From assembly GCA_038087875.1 (NCBI GenBank), contig CM075996.1, positions 8,434,001 to 8,498,000 of the forward strand: a stretch of DNA of 64,000 nt, in the 5' to 3' direction. The stretch comes from Malacoraja senta. Its lineage: Eukaryota. The notes below the pieces were generated by a model that had not been told where the DNA came from, made no database searches, and saw only the letters and a program-made list of their open reading frames with translations. This document shows positions 33,635 to 43,525 of this stretch, piece by piece; positions within the stretch are counted from its first letter, which is position 1; every line of letters begins with the position of its first letter. A program made the position numbers and the translations under genes.

Positions 33635-36600
33635 ACCATAACCATCCGGAAAGCACATCGAAACTCCTTCGCTGATGGATTTTCTCTAAATCCGCCCTTT
33701 CGCCGAATAGTGGAGAACAGATTCTCTACATCCTGATTGATCCGAGATGTAAACATAAAACGGGCGTCTGTGCTTTCCTTTATGTGCTGCCACAGCTGTG
33801 AAATGCAAGAAATTGCAAGCCGCCATCCCTCGACAAACAACACATTTTTAGCTCCAAGCACTGTCAAGCTTCGGAGTACAGTCAAGCATGATTCAAAGAA
33901 TGACTTATGCACAGACTTTTCTGACATAGGCCTCCTTAACATTTTGGGGTCCTTGAAAAACCTGCTGTTAAATAAGTCAAACAGTCCATCAACCATTTCA
34001 ATGAACTCTGCCGTATAAACAGCCTCCCCAGGTAACTTTCCAAGAGCTGCATAGGTGTAGACGCCTGCTGCTACCGAATGGCTAAGCACCTGCGCAGCCT
34101 TGTTGACTCTCATTTTAGAGAAGCTGTTTAAAACAAAATGGCCTCTGGTTAATTTATGGGCTTTTCTAATGGGCAACTGTGAATCATGCTCATAAAATGT
34201 GTAAATATGCGGCCATTTGATATGTTTTTTTCTGCCATCCTCTCCCTTGACCTCAAAAACATATTTCTCCAAATTTGAGCGAGTGTTTTTCAACAAGTGG
34301 GGTGGGTCATGCATGCAATAGATATTGGTTCCCCCGTGGACGAAGAAAGGATGGTCTTCTGTCACACCCAAGTTGGAGTACAGTCGAATATTGCTTGGGC
34401 CTTGGTCACAAACAACGGCCTTAGGCTGTAGTCCAATAGCCTTAACCTTCTGTAAACATTCATTGAGTAATGTTTGCAGTTTGTCAGCCGTTATGCAGTC
34501 CCGTTGTGCAGAACTGATATGCTCGGGGACTCTGGTGGTAGAGGGACAAGGCAACCACCTTGTCTGAATAACTCCATCGTCTTCCTCTTGCACTTCTACG
34601 TCCGGACGCATTACGCAACTGCGACGCAAAGAAAGACAGTGCTGGTTCCTGTAAAAATTCACCAGCCCCTCTGATCAAGTCACTAATTGTCTTAATTTCT
34701 GTAGTATTCTTTCCCATTGATAATTTAATCTGTTGTACTCTTTTTTTTGAGGCGGAAAGTACGCTGTCTTTCCTTCTTCAGAGCTCTGCTGTCATTCACA
34801 TTTGGTGTGGATTGAAGATCAGGGTTTTCAGGAGTTGTAGAGACATTGCTGGGTTCTTTACGATGAATTTTGTCTGCAGCTGAGCAGTAAGAATGTTCGG
34901 CCAGTATGTTGTGTGACACTGCCAAGACAAAACAAATGAGAAAGGGAAAAAGAAATGTCAAGCATACTAATGAAAAAGATGAAGCATATACATGTAAATA
35001 AATCAGCATCTACTAATAATTATAATTACAAATAGATGTGATGCACCAATTTCAATCTACCAGAAGAAAATCATGATCTTGATTTTTTGAAGATTTAAAA
35101 AAAATTAAATCAATTTAAATGTTGTATGAATTATGCTTGAGGAAGCTTTAAATGGATGTTCTTACTTGAATTAAATACTAGTACGCATTCCATCAGCCCA
35201 CACTGTGTAGTCTTATGTGTGATTATAGTTTTGTGAACATTTCACAAATGAAAATAAAAGTACCATACATGCCATTACATATTGACCATTAGCAATTATA
35301 TCAGTTTGGATATAATTTTTTAATATTTAGCCAAAGTGAGAGAATATATTTTATTTTAAAAAGGAGAAAATTACTTGCCTCTTTGCTGTTTTAAAGGCGT
35401 TGGTGAGGATGGGAGGTTCTCAATCTTCCTCTTGAGTAACCTGCGTTGGGAAGACAGACGTTTTGGCGGGTTAGGAATGTCAAAGAGCGTTGGAACTGCA
35501 TTCCAATTTAGCCTGTTCTTGGTCTGCTTGTTGGAAAACTGGTCAAGTTTAAAGTGTAAAGAACAAAGACAACAGTTGGCTGACAAGTACTCCGGAGTTC
35601 GGTGCAGGAGATCTTGTCGACGAGTATTCTGGGCCCACTGTTGACATCTGAAATTACAGAACATATCATTTAGGATTAACTAATAAGAAAAAAAATGATT
35701 ATAACTACATGCCTGCAGAATGGATGACGTATCACTTAAGTGCAATTGTTTTCAGTTGTGTGGAGAGACCTGTATATTGAAGATGCATTTTGCCTCTAAT
35801 ATGTCAATTTACCTTAAATGTAGAAGAGCTTATTAAAATCTTCTTACAAAGACCATTAAGTATTTTCTTTCTATCCTCTTTTGGACCTAAGGCATAGCAG
35901 GGCTGCCAACTCTCACACAGAGGAAAGGGAGGGATAGAGGGAAGGGAGGGATAGAGGGAAGGGGGGGAGAGAGGGAAGGGAGGGAGGGAAAGAACGGAGA
36001 GAGAGGGAGAGAGATCGGGAGAAGAGAGGGGAGAGAGAGAGATCGAGAGAAGAGAGGGGAGAGAGAGATCGAGAGAAGGGGGAGAGAGAGAGATCGACTC
36101 TGACTCCGCGGTGTTTTCGATCCAGCGAGACGCCCTCAGACCGCAGACCGCAGACCCCAGACCCTCGATGTTGGTGGTCGGCGGTCACACGCAGCACTCC
36201 GGAGCGGCGACCCGGCAAGGCATCGCCCGCTCCGTGTTGGTGTCCCTGCGCTGAGAGAGAGAAGGGGAAAGAGAGAGAAGGGGAGAGGGAGAAGGGGGAG
36301 AGGGAGAGTGGAACGATGGCACGTTATAACGCACAGCCGTTCCATTCCGACCAAAGATTATAGAGCAGAGCTCCTCTGGTATCTTTGATTCCGACCGCCG
36401 CCGCCGAACCCCCCGCCCCACCATTGCACCCAAAGATTATAGAGCGGAGTTTTATAATCTTTGATTGCACCCTTCTTCACGGCGGGTTGTGATCTTTGCT
36501 TGTGGTGTCTCGACAATTCCAGGGACATAACCGGTAACAGCCGCCGCGTTCCATCCCGGTCTCGAATCTGAGCTCGAACAATCTGGTGGTCACTGGGCCT

Positions 36601-36957
36601 AATGTGTCCATAACGCGGGCCATATTTTGGAGACCCCTGCCTTACAAGAACAAAACCAAAAACGTACAGAAGTGTTAAAATTATTGACTTTAGTATTGGT
36701 AAATAAAAATCTATTAAAAATAATTCTAATAACTTTCTAATGTACCGACAAACCTAGTTTCCCAATGACCGTTGACGAGAGACCAGAAAATAACATTTTC
36801 AGTTCAGAATAAAATCGACAGATGTCAAATATAATATATTTTCTCACCTTTCTTTTTTATCGGGGAACCTAAAGAATGACAGGTCGGGTCGTTTACATTG
36901 ACGATTAGAGCAATTGATAGCAGTGCAGTGAGATGAAGATTTAGATGTAGATGCCAT
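33635..36957 (-). pseudogene. P-element/THAP9-like transposase, copy 2 (inverted duplicate, 3'-truncated); exons 36957-36848, 35647-35379, 34918-33635
   Basis: Near-identical reverse complement of copy 1 up to position 26704; same internal deletion; extra A in the poly-A run near 34741 (frameshift); truncated at FRMVMV by a transposon end. Confidence 0.9.
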
Positions 36958-37428
36958 GACTGTAGTCGAGGCTCGCCGGTAAAATGGCGTCAACAATCAC
37001 CCATGGCATACTACCCTTTTTTCGCTGAGTGGCGCATCTTGCTCCGCTATATAATCTTTGCTAGTATCTTTGCTGTTGAGTGCGTTCCGGCGGGGGGAGG
37101 GGGAGATAATCTTCAGACCCACTCCAGGCGGGTTCCATGACCCGGCCTGCCGCCGCCGGGGTTTGGCAACCGCCTGTGCAGGCCCGCGTTCGTCGATGCC
37201 AGAGGCTCTGGGCCGAGACCGGAGGCGGCTCCCCTCGACAGACTGTCCTTTGTCCACAGTGGGCGAGCCGGCCTTGACAGGCGGGTCCTGGGTTCGTGGT
37301 GAACGAGTCTTCCATTGGGTGGGAGATTGCAACCTTCACGTGATTCGATGAATGCAATCAACCTGGTGTGCACAATCAAATCAGGATCAAATAGAACAAG
37401 TTGTCCTCCAACTTTAGGCTGTGCACGC

Positions 37429-37651
37429 TGTGGTATTATGGAATAATAAAGGAATGCCTTTATTCTGCTGCCAGTGGTCAGGCTGCAGTGACAGCATCCG
37501 GCCTGAAGGTGGGGCTGTGGGCGTAACCGGAGAGAGGCCTAGCAGCAGGGCCCGGGGATGCAGCACGAGGCAGCTGCTGTAGTGAGTTGCTAAATAAAGA
37601 CAGACTCCGATTACGTCGTTGTACGAGCCTCATTATAAGAATAATTCGATA
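37429..37651 (+). repeat. 5' LTR
   Basis: TGTGGTATTATGG...ATAATTCGATA; one visible substitution relative to the 3' LTR. Confidence 0.95.
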
Positions 37652-37669
37652 TGGTGTCAGAAACGGGAT
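37652..37669 (+). promoter_or_regulatory. Primer-binding site, tRNA-Leu-like
   Basis: TGGTGTCAGAAACGGGAT directly after the LTR; complementary, with mismatches, to a tRNA-Leu 3' end (...CTGACACCA). Confidence 0.7.
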
Positions 37670-37747
37670 ACTTGTAAGCGAAAAAAAAAAAAGAAGAAGA
37701 GGAAAGTGTATCGTTTTGGCGGAGAAAGGTGAGATGAGCTGGCAGAT

Positions 37748-40700
37748 ATGGCGCAACCTACACCAACTGCTACGTTCACAATACAACCTCCAGAGCCATT
37801 CGATTTTACCAAGCCTCAAGAATGGGAGCGTTGGATCAGGAGATTCGACCGCTTTCGGCTTGCAAGCAACTTAAACGCAACGTCGGAAGTAAACCAGGTG
37901 AACACGTTAGTGTACTGCATGGGTGATGAAGCCGAAGATGTGCTAAAGGGGCTAACGCTAACTGCAGATGAGAGGAAGGTGTACACGGATGTTAAGGCTG
38001 GCTTTGATGCATTTTTTGTGCCTAAAAAGAATGTAATCTACGAAAGAGCCAAGTTCAATCAGCGTGTGCAACTGCCAGAAGAAACGGTGGATTCCTTCAT
38101 CACTGCTCTATACGGATTAGCTGAACACTGCAACTATGGACAGTTACAGAACGAGCTGATCCGCGACAGGTTAGTGGTCGGACTGAGAAACGTCTCATTG
38201 TCAGAAAAGCTACAGCTAGACAGAGACCTAACCCTTGGAACTGCGATAACAAAGACAAGGCAGTCTGAAGAAGTTAGACGACAGCGGTCTGACTTAAGAG
38301 GAGAAAATGGCGGTGCTAGCAAGTGCTCTAATGTTGATGCTGTGCATGCTAAAAGCTACAGAAAACCCAAATTTCCCTCAAAGCCTCAGCCACAAGCACA
38401 AACACCAGGCAAAAATAAACTTAATACACGGCCACAGCCAGGTTCAAAGGCCTGTTATAGATGTGGAAAAATGCCCTCGCATGGAAAATGGGAATGCCCT
38501 GCTAAAGATGCTGTGTGTCACAACTGTGGCAAAAAGGGACATTATGGCAAAGTGTGCAGAAACAGTGCAAAATCTCTGAATGCTGTCACTACAGAGGAAG
38601 AAGAGAGCTTTTTCCTGGGAGCCGTGGATGCTGGAAAAGACCCGTGGACGGTGCAGCTACAAGTGAGACAAAAAAAAGTGTGCTTTAAAATAGACACTGG
38701 TGCTGATGTCACCGCCATGCCAGCCGAGGTGTACCATGACATTACAGGGGGGCATGATGTGAAGCGCCTGGCAGTGCCGACACGCCCGTTGTTTGGGCCA
38801 GGGGGCAATGCACTCTCTGTCCTAGGTGTAGCCAGAGAAACACTGCGCAGAGGCAAAAAGACAGCCATAGAGAACATTTATGTAGTAAAAGACCTGCACA
38901 CTGCACTGTTGGGAAGGCCTGCCATAGAACAGCTTCAGCTTGTGTGCAGGGTTGACAGCATCACCATGGAATCAATGAAACAACAATATCCGAAGCTGTG
39001 TAGCGGCTTGGGTCTTGTTCTGAGGCCATACTCAATTAAATTAAAGCCAGAGGCTGTGCCCTTCTCTCTCCACACACCACGCAGAGTCCCTCTGCCGCTT
39101 ATGGGAAAAGTGAAGGAGGAGATAGACCGTATGGAGAAGATGGGCGTAATCACCAAGATTGAGGAGCCGACTGATTGGTGTGCCGGGATGGTGGTGGTGC
39201 CGAAAAAAGCAGGTGATGTTCGCATTTGTGTGGATTTCACAATGATGAATGAATCAGTATGCAGAGAAAAGTTTATCCTGCCTTCTGTCGAGCACACTCT
39301 GGGCATGCTAGCTGGCGCAACAGTCTTCAGCAAATTAGATGCCAACATGGGCTTTTGGCAAGTACCATTGACAAAAGAGTCTGCCAAATACACCACCTTC
39401 ATCACGCCTTATGGGCGCTACTATTTTAACCGTCTACCCTTTGGCATAGCATCAGCCCCCGAGCACTTTCAAAGGATGAGGGTGACAGAAGTGACCGGTG
39501 GCCTGGAGGGGGTACTGTGTCACATGGACGACATCCTGGTCTGGGGACAGACGCAGGAGGAGCATGATGTGCGGCTACATGCGGTGCTAAAGAAGGCACA
39601 AAAGGCCGGCATTACGCTCAACATGGACAAATGTGAGCTCACACGCCACACAGTCAGATTCCTGGGTCATGTGATTTCAGCAGATGGAGTGAAGCCAGAT
39701 CCAGAGAAGACGAGAGCAGTACAAGAGATGGATGCACCCAAAAATGTCAGCGAACTCAGGAGTTTTCTGGGCATGGTCAATCAGCTGGGCCGCTTCTTGC
39801 CTAACCTGGCTGAAAAAGACAAAGTGCTACGAGACCTGCTGTCCAAGAAGAACCACTGGTACTGGGGGACAGAGCAGCAGGCCGCCTTTGATCAGTTAAA
39901 AACAGAGCTGTCATCCACACCAGTGCTCACATTATACAACCCAAACAGTGCTTTAAAGATCTCTGCTGATGCTTCTTCCTTTGGCCTGGGGGCAGTCCTG
40001 CTGCAGAAGAGCGATGCCATGTGGTCACCTGTGGCATATGCGTCCAGGTCAATGACGCCAACAGAGCAGCGCTATGCTCAAGTAGAGAAGGAGGCATTGG
40101 CTGCAACGTGGGCATGTGAAAGGTTCAGCTGTTTCATCCTGGGAAGACCATTCGAGCTGGAAACTGACCATAAGCCGTTGGTGAGTCTGCTGGGAAGGAA
40201 AGCTTTGGATGACCTCCCACCAAGAATCCAAAGATTTAGGATGAGACTCATGAGGTACAACTATACAGTCAATCATGTCCCTGGCAAAAGCCTGTGGACA
40301 GCCGACACCTTATCTCGTGCTCCTCTGAGAGCCGCAAGAGCACACACAGACACAAGCCTATTAGAGGACACCAACATCTATGTAGACTCTGTCATCAGCA
40401 ACATTCCTGTCAGTGGAGATTATCTGAGCAGCCTACGTGAGCACCTGAAGGCAGACAGCACATGCTCTGCACTGATGGAGTACTGCACAGACGGCTGGCC
40501 CGACAAAAGCCAACTGCAGGGAGTGCTGAGACATTACTGGGCTGATAGAGCAGTGCTGACTGTGCACGATGGGCTGCTGCTGCGGGGCACGAGACTCGTC
40601 ATCCCAACAGCCTTACAAGGTGATGTGCTGCAGAGACTACATGAGGGACACCTGGGGGTGACAAAGTGCAGGGGCCGGGCCAAACAGACGGTATGGTGGC

Positions 40701-41683
40701 CAGGACTCAGCAGCCAGCTGAATGACATGGTGCTGAAATGTAGAACCTGCATCCAAGAGAGAAGGAACGTCAAAGAGCCGCTGATGCCAACGGAGATGCC
40801 AGACAGGCCTTGGCAAACCTTGGGAGCTGACCTGTTCACGCTGAAAAACAAGACTTATCTACTAGTAGTAGATTATTTCTCAAGGTATGTGGAAGTTGCG
40901 CTGCTGACACACACAAGGTCCACAGATGTGGTGGTGCACCTGAAATCCATGTTTTGTCGTCATGGAATTGGGGAATTTCTTAAAAGTGACAATGGGCCCC
41001 AGTTCTCAGGTAGCCACTTTAAAGCCTTTGCAGCAGAGTATGGCTTTGTGCACATCACGAGCAGCCCCAAGTTTCCTCAGAGCAATGGGGAGGCGGAATG
41101 CGCTGTACAAACCGTGAAAAACCTGCTAACAAAGGCATCAGACCCATATCTTGCATTGCTGGCCTACAGAGCAACCCCTCTACAGAACGGCTATAGCCCG
41201 GCCGAGCTGTTGATGGGGCGCCGCCTCCGCACTACAGTTCCTGCCCTTCCAACCCTGCTGAATCCAGTTTTGCCTGACTACAACGCGCTGGGGGCCAAAG
41301 AAAGGGAGAAGAGGAGGAACGACGCAAGATCCTTCGACAAGAGGCACGGAGCGAGAAACCTGGAGCCACTCGTACCTGGGGAGGATGTGTGGATCACCGA
41401 TGCACGAGTCCAGGGCACAGTGCTATCTACACACAACACCCCTCGCTCTTATATCGTCCAGGTGCCTCAGGGCACACTGAGGAGGAACCGGCATCACTTG
41501 GTGCCGCTGCAGACCAACAGTGGGGTAGTCGATGCTGATGAGCCACCGGTGGGAGAAGATTCACCTACACCAGAGCCAGCTCCACCAGTGACAACATCAC
41601 CCAGCAGAGAGGGCCCCACCACAGAGCCTGTGCGGACCAGGTGTGGGAGAGAGGTTAGAAAGCCGCAGAGACTTGATTGGTGA
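37748..41683 (+). CDS. Gag-Pol polyprotein, 1311 aa (gag, zinc knuckles, protease, RT, RNase H, integrase)
   Basis: CYRCGKMPSHGKWEC and CHNCGKKGHYGKVC knuckles; FKIDTGAD protease; RLPFG and HMDD RT; ADAS and TDHKPL RNase H; HEGH..CRTC, ADLF, SDNG, SNGEAE integrase; Gypsy domain order; no stop codons. Confidence 0.95.
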   Translation: MAQPTPTATFTIQPPEPFDFTKPQEWERWIRRFDRFRLASNLNATSEVNQVNTLVYCMGDEAEDVLKGLTLTADERKVYTDVKAGFDAFFVPKKNVIYERAKFNQRVQLPEETVDSFITALYGLAEHCNYGQLQNELIRDRLVVGLRNVSLSEKLQLDRDLTLGTAITKTRQSEEVRRQRSDLRGENGGASKCSNVDAVHAKSYRKPKFPSKPQPQAQTPGKNKLNTRPQPGSKACYRCGKMPSHGKWECPAKDAVCHNCGKKGHYGKVCRNSAKSLNAVTTEEEESFFLGAVDAGKDPWTVQLQVRQKKVCFKIDTGADVTAMPAEVYHDITGGHDVKRLAVPTRPLFGPGGNALSVLGVARETLRRGKKTAIENIYVVKDLHTALLGRPAIEQLQLVCRVDSITMESMKQQYPKLCSGLGLVLRPYSIKLKPEAVPFSLHTPRRVPLPLMGKVKEEIDRMEKMGVITKIEEPTDWCAGMVVVPKKAGDVRICVDFTMMNESVCREKFILPSVEHTLGMLAGATVFSKLDANMGFWQVPLTKESAKYTTFITPYGRYYFNRLPFGIASAPEHFQRMRVTEVTGGLEGVLCHMDDILVWGQTQEEHDVRLHAVLKKAQKAGITLNMDKCELTRHTVRFLGHVISADGVKPDPEKTRAVQEMDAPKNVSELRSFLGMVNQLGRFLPNLAEKDKVLRDLLSKKNHWYWGTEQQAAFDQLKTELSSTPVLTLYNPNSALKISADASSFGLGAVLLQKSDAMWSPVAYASRSMTPTEQRYAQVEKEALAATWACERFSCFILGRPFELETDHKPLVSLLGRKALDDLPPRIQRFRMRLMRYNYTVNHVPGKSLWTADTLSRAPLRAARAHTDTSLLEDTNIYVDSVISNIPVSGDYLSSLREHLKADSTCSALMEYCTDGWPDKSQLQGVLRHYWADRAVLTVHDGLLLRGTRLVIPTALQGDVLQRLHEGHLGVTKCRGRAKQTVWWPGLSSQLNDMVLKCRTCIQERRNVKEPLMPTEMPDRPWQTLGADLFTLKNKTYLLVVDYFSRYVEVALLTHTRSTDVVVHLKSMFCRHGIGEFLKSDNGPQFSGSHFKAFAAEYGFVHITSSPKFPQSNGEAECAVQTVKNLLTKASDPYLALLAYRATPLQNGYSPAELLMGRRLRTTVPALPTLLNPVLPDYNALGAKEREKRRNDARSFDKRHGARNLEPLVPGEDVWITDARVQGTVLSTHNTPRSYIVQVPQGTLRRNRHHLVPLQTNSGVVDADEPPVGEDSPTPEPAPPVTTSPSREGPTTEPVRTRCGREVRKPQRLDW

Positions 41684-41794
41684 TTTATTGATTTGTTTGA
41701 TCAGGGACAGGTCTTTCAGCAAAAGGGCAGAATAAACCCCTTAAGACCTGCAGAGACAAAGGTAGTCCACCCTTTGTTCTCAAAGAAAGGGAGA

Positions 41795-42017
41795 TGTGGT
41801 ATTATGGAATAATAAAGGAATGCCTTTATTCTGCTGCCAGTGGTCAGGCTGCAGTGACAGCATCCGGCCTGAAGGTGGGGCTGTGGGCGTAACCGGAGAG
41901 AGGCCTAGCAGCAGGGCCCGGGGATGCAGCACGAGGCTGCTGCTGTAGTGAGTTGCTAAATAAAGACAGACTCCGATTACGTCGTTGTACGAGCCTCATT
42001 ATAAGAATAATTCGATA
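41795..42017 (+). repeat. 3' LTR
   Basis: Direct repeat of 37429-37651, preceded by the polypurine tract. Confidence 0.95.
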
Positions 42018-43139
42018 CACGCCATATGCAAGAAGAAGAAGAAGTCTTCCGTCAGCAGTGGGCTTGCCCACAGCTTGCCGAGATCGTGGTATGGATCACA
42101 GGACGAGCGGACAGGTGTAGAGAGGAATGAAAGCAAATGGTACATTGCCGTTTATAGGGGGGTTGCACGTAAGGTCACCGGGTCATAGGGCTTGACGCAC
42201 GGAGCCGCTCAATCCATGTGGAGGACATCGCAGCATCCGGTATATATTGTTAATACACGAAACGGGTACTTTCCTACCTGTTAAAAACCGCCAAAATGGT
42301 GAATTTTTGCGCTGTAAAAATTGTGGAATTGGGGTAAGCGTGAGAGACATGTACCCAACTTCAGAATTCCAAAAGTGAAGCGAAATGAAGGTAAAGAGAA
42401 GCGAGAGCTGAAGGGACAACAACAGCTAAAGTGCTTGGCGAACATTGGCCGTGCAGATATCGGAATTGAAAATATTGGGAATTATCGCGTTTGCTCACTG
42501 TATTTCATCAACAGTAAGGCATTATTTGTGGTTTTTCTTGATTCCTTTGGTATCTAAAAAGTCTCAGAAGTGATAAATCTGGCTGTAACATTTTAAAATC
42601 GCCCATGGTTCTGAAGTGGGTTTTTACATGCAAAAAGAAAACGCTTCTGAAGCTAAATTCCATAATTATTTACAGCGCCAGAATTGACCATTTTGGCGGG
42701 TTCTAACGGGCCTGCTATGCTGGAAACAATGGTCAGTGCTTACCTGCAGTTCATCGCGTGTACTCCAGTTGGTGTAGCGTAGCAACAGTACGGGTCATGG
42801 GTCGTGACCCGACTACCGTGCAACCTCCCTATAGCGTAGGGGTTGAGGTTCAGAAAGTGGGAGGTTTTGTTGCAATTGTACAGGGTATCGGTGAGGCCAG
42901 ACCTGAACTTTTGACCATGGTATTGGTCTCTTACCCAAGAAAGGATGCAACAGCATAGGGGTAAATCCACAGCAGATTCACCAGGTTTACTCCTGGAATG
43001 GGAGGGGGTGTTATTTCAAGAGAGGCAAGACAACTTGGGTCTGCATTCCTTGGTGTTTAGAAGATTGAGGGAAGATTTACTGAATCATGAAATCCTAAGG
43101 AGGAGCATCAGTAGATGGTTGGAACAAAGGCCAGAGATA

Positions 43140-43525
43140 AGAATGTAGACACAAAATGCTGGAGTAACTCAGCGGGACAGGCAGCATCTTTGGAGGGAAG
43201 GAATGGGTGACGTTTCGGGTCGAGACCCTTCTTCAGACTGATATCAGGAGAGGGCCCGAGACGGAGACTAAGAATTGGGAAGGGGAAGGGGATGGAGAGA
43301 GAGGGAAAGCAGGGGCTATCTGAAGTGGGAGAAGTCAATGTTCATACCACTGGGGTGTAAACTACCCAAGCGAAATATGAGGTGCTGTTCCTCCAATTTG
43401 CGCTGGGCCTCATTCTGACAATGGAGGAGGCCCAGCAGTACAGAAAGGTCAGATTGGGAATGGGAGGGGGAGTTGAAGTGCTGAGCCACCGGGAAAGCAG
43501 GTAGGTTAAGACAGACTGAGTGGAG
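43140..43525 (-). mobile_element. Penelope-like element, 3' end (GIY-YIG C-terminus plus terminal repeat); the short terminal repeat recurs many times in the window
   Basis: Minus strand reads GLLHCQNEAQRKLEEQHLIFRLGSLHPSGMNIDFSHFR*, followed by CTGAAGAAGGGTCTCGACCCGAAACGTC...CTCCAGCATTTTGTGTCTA. Confidence 0.7.

Larger units (their letters stand above)
23271..37072. mobile_element. Composite/rearranged P-element (THAP9-like) DNA transposon unit, 13.8 kb
   Basis: Starts CAAAGATTATATAGC, ends CTAGTATCTTTG; flanked by CTGCTGAG (23263-23270) and CTGTTGAG (37073-37080); contains two inverted transposase copies. Confidence 0.75.
37429..42017 (+). mobile_element. Full-length Gypsy/Ty3 LTR retrotransposon (Mag-like)
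   Basis: 223-bp LTRs; 5-bp TSD CACGC (37424-37428, 42018-42022); PBS at 37652; polypurine tract AAAGAAAGGGAGA at 41782-41794; single gag-pol ORF. Confidence 0.95.

Noticed and set aside
33635..37060. Inverted arm as an assembly fold-back artefact
   Set aside because: The arms differ by independent substitutions and indels, and both breakpoints coincide with transposon termini. Read-level confirmation is still desirable.
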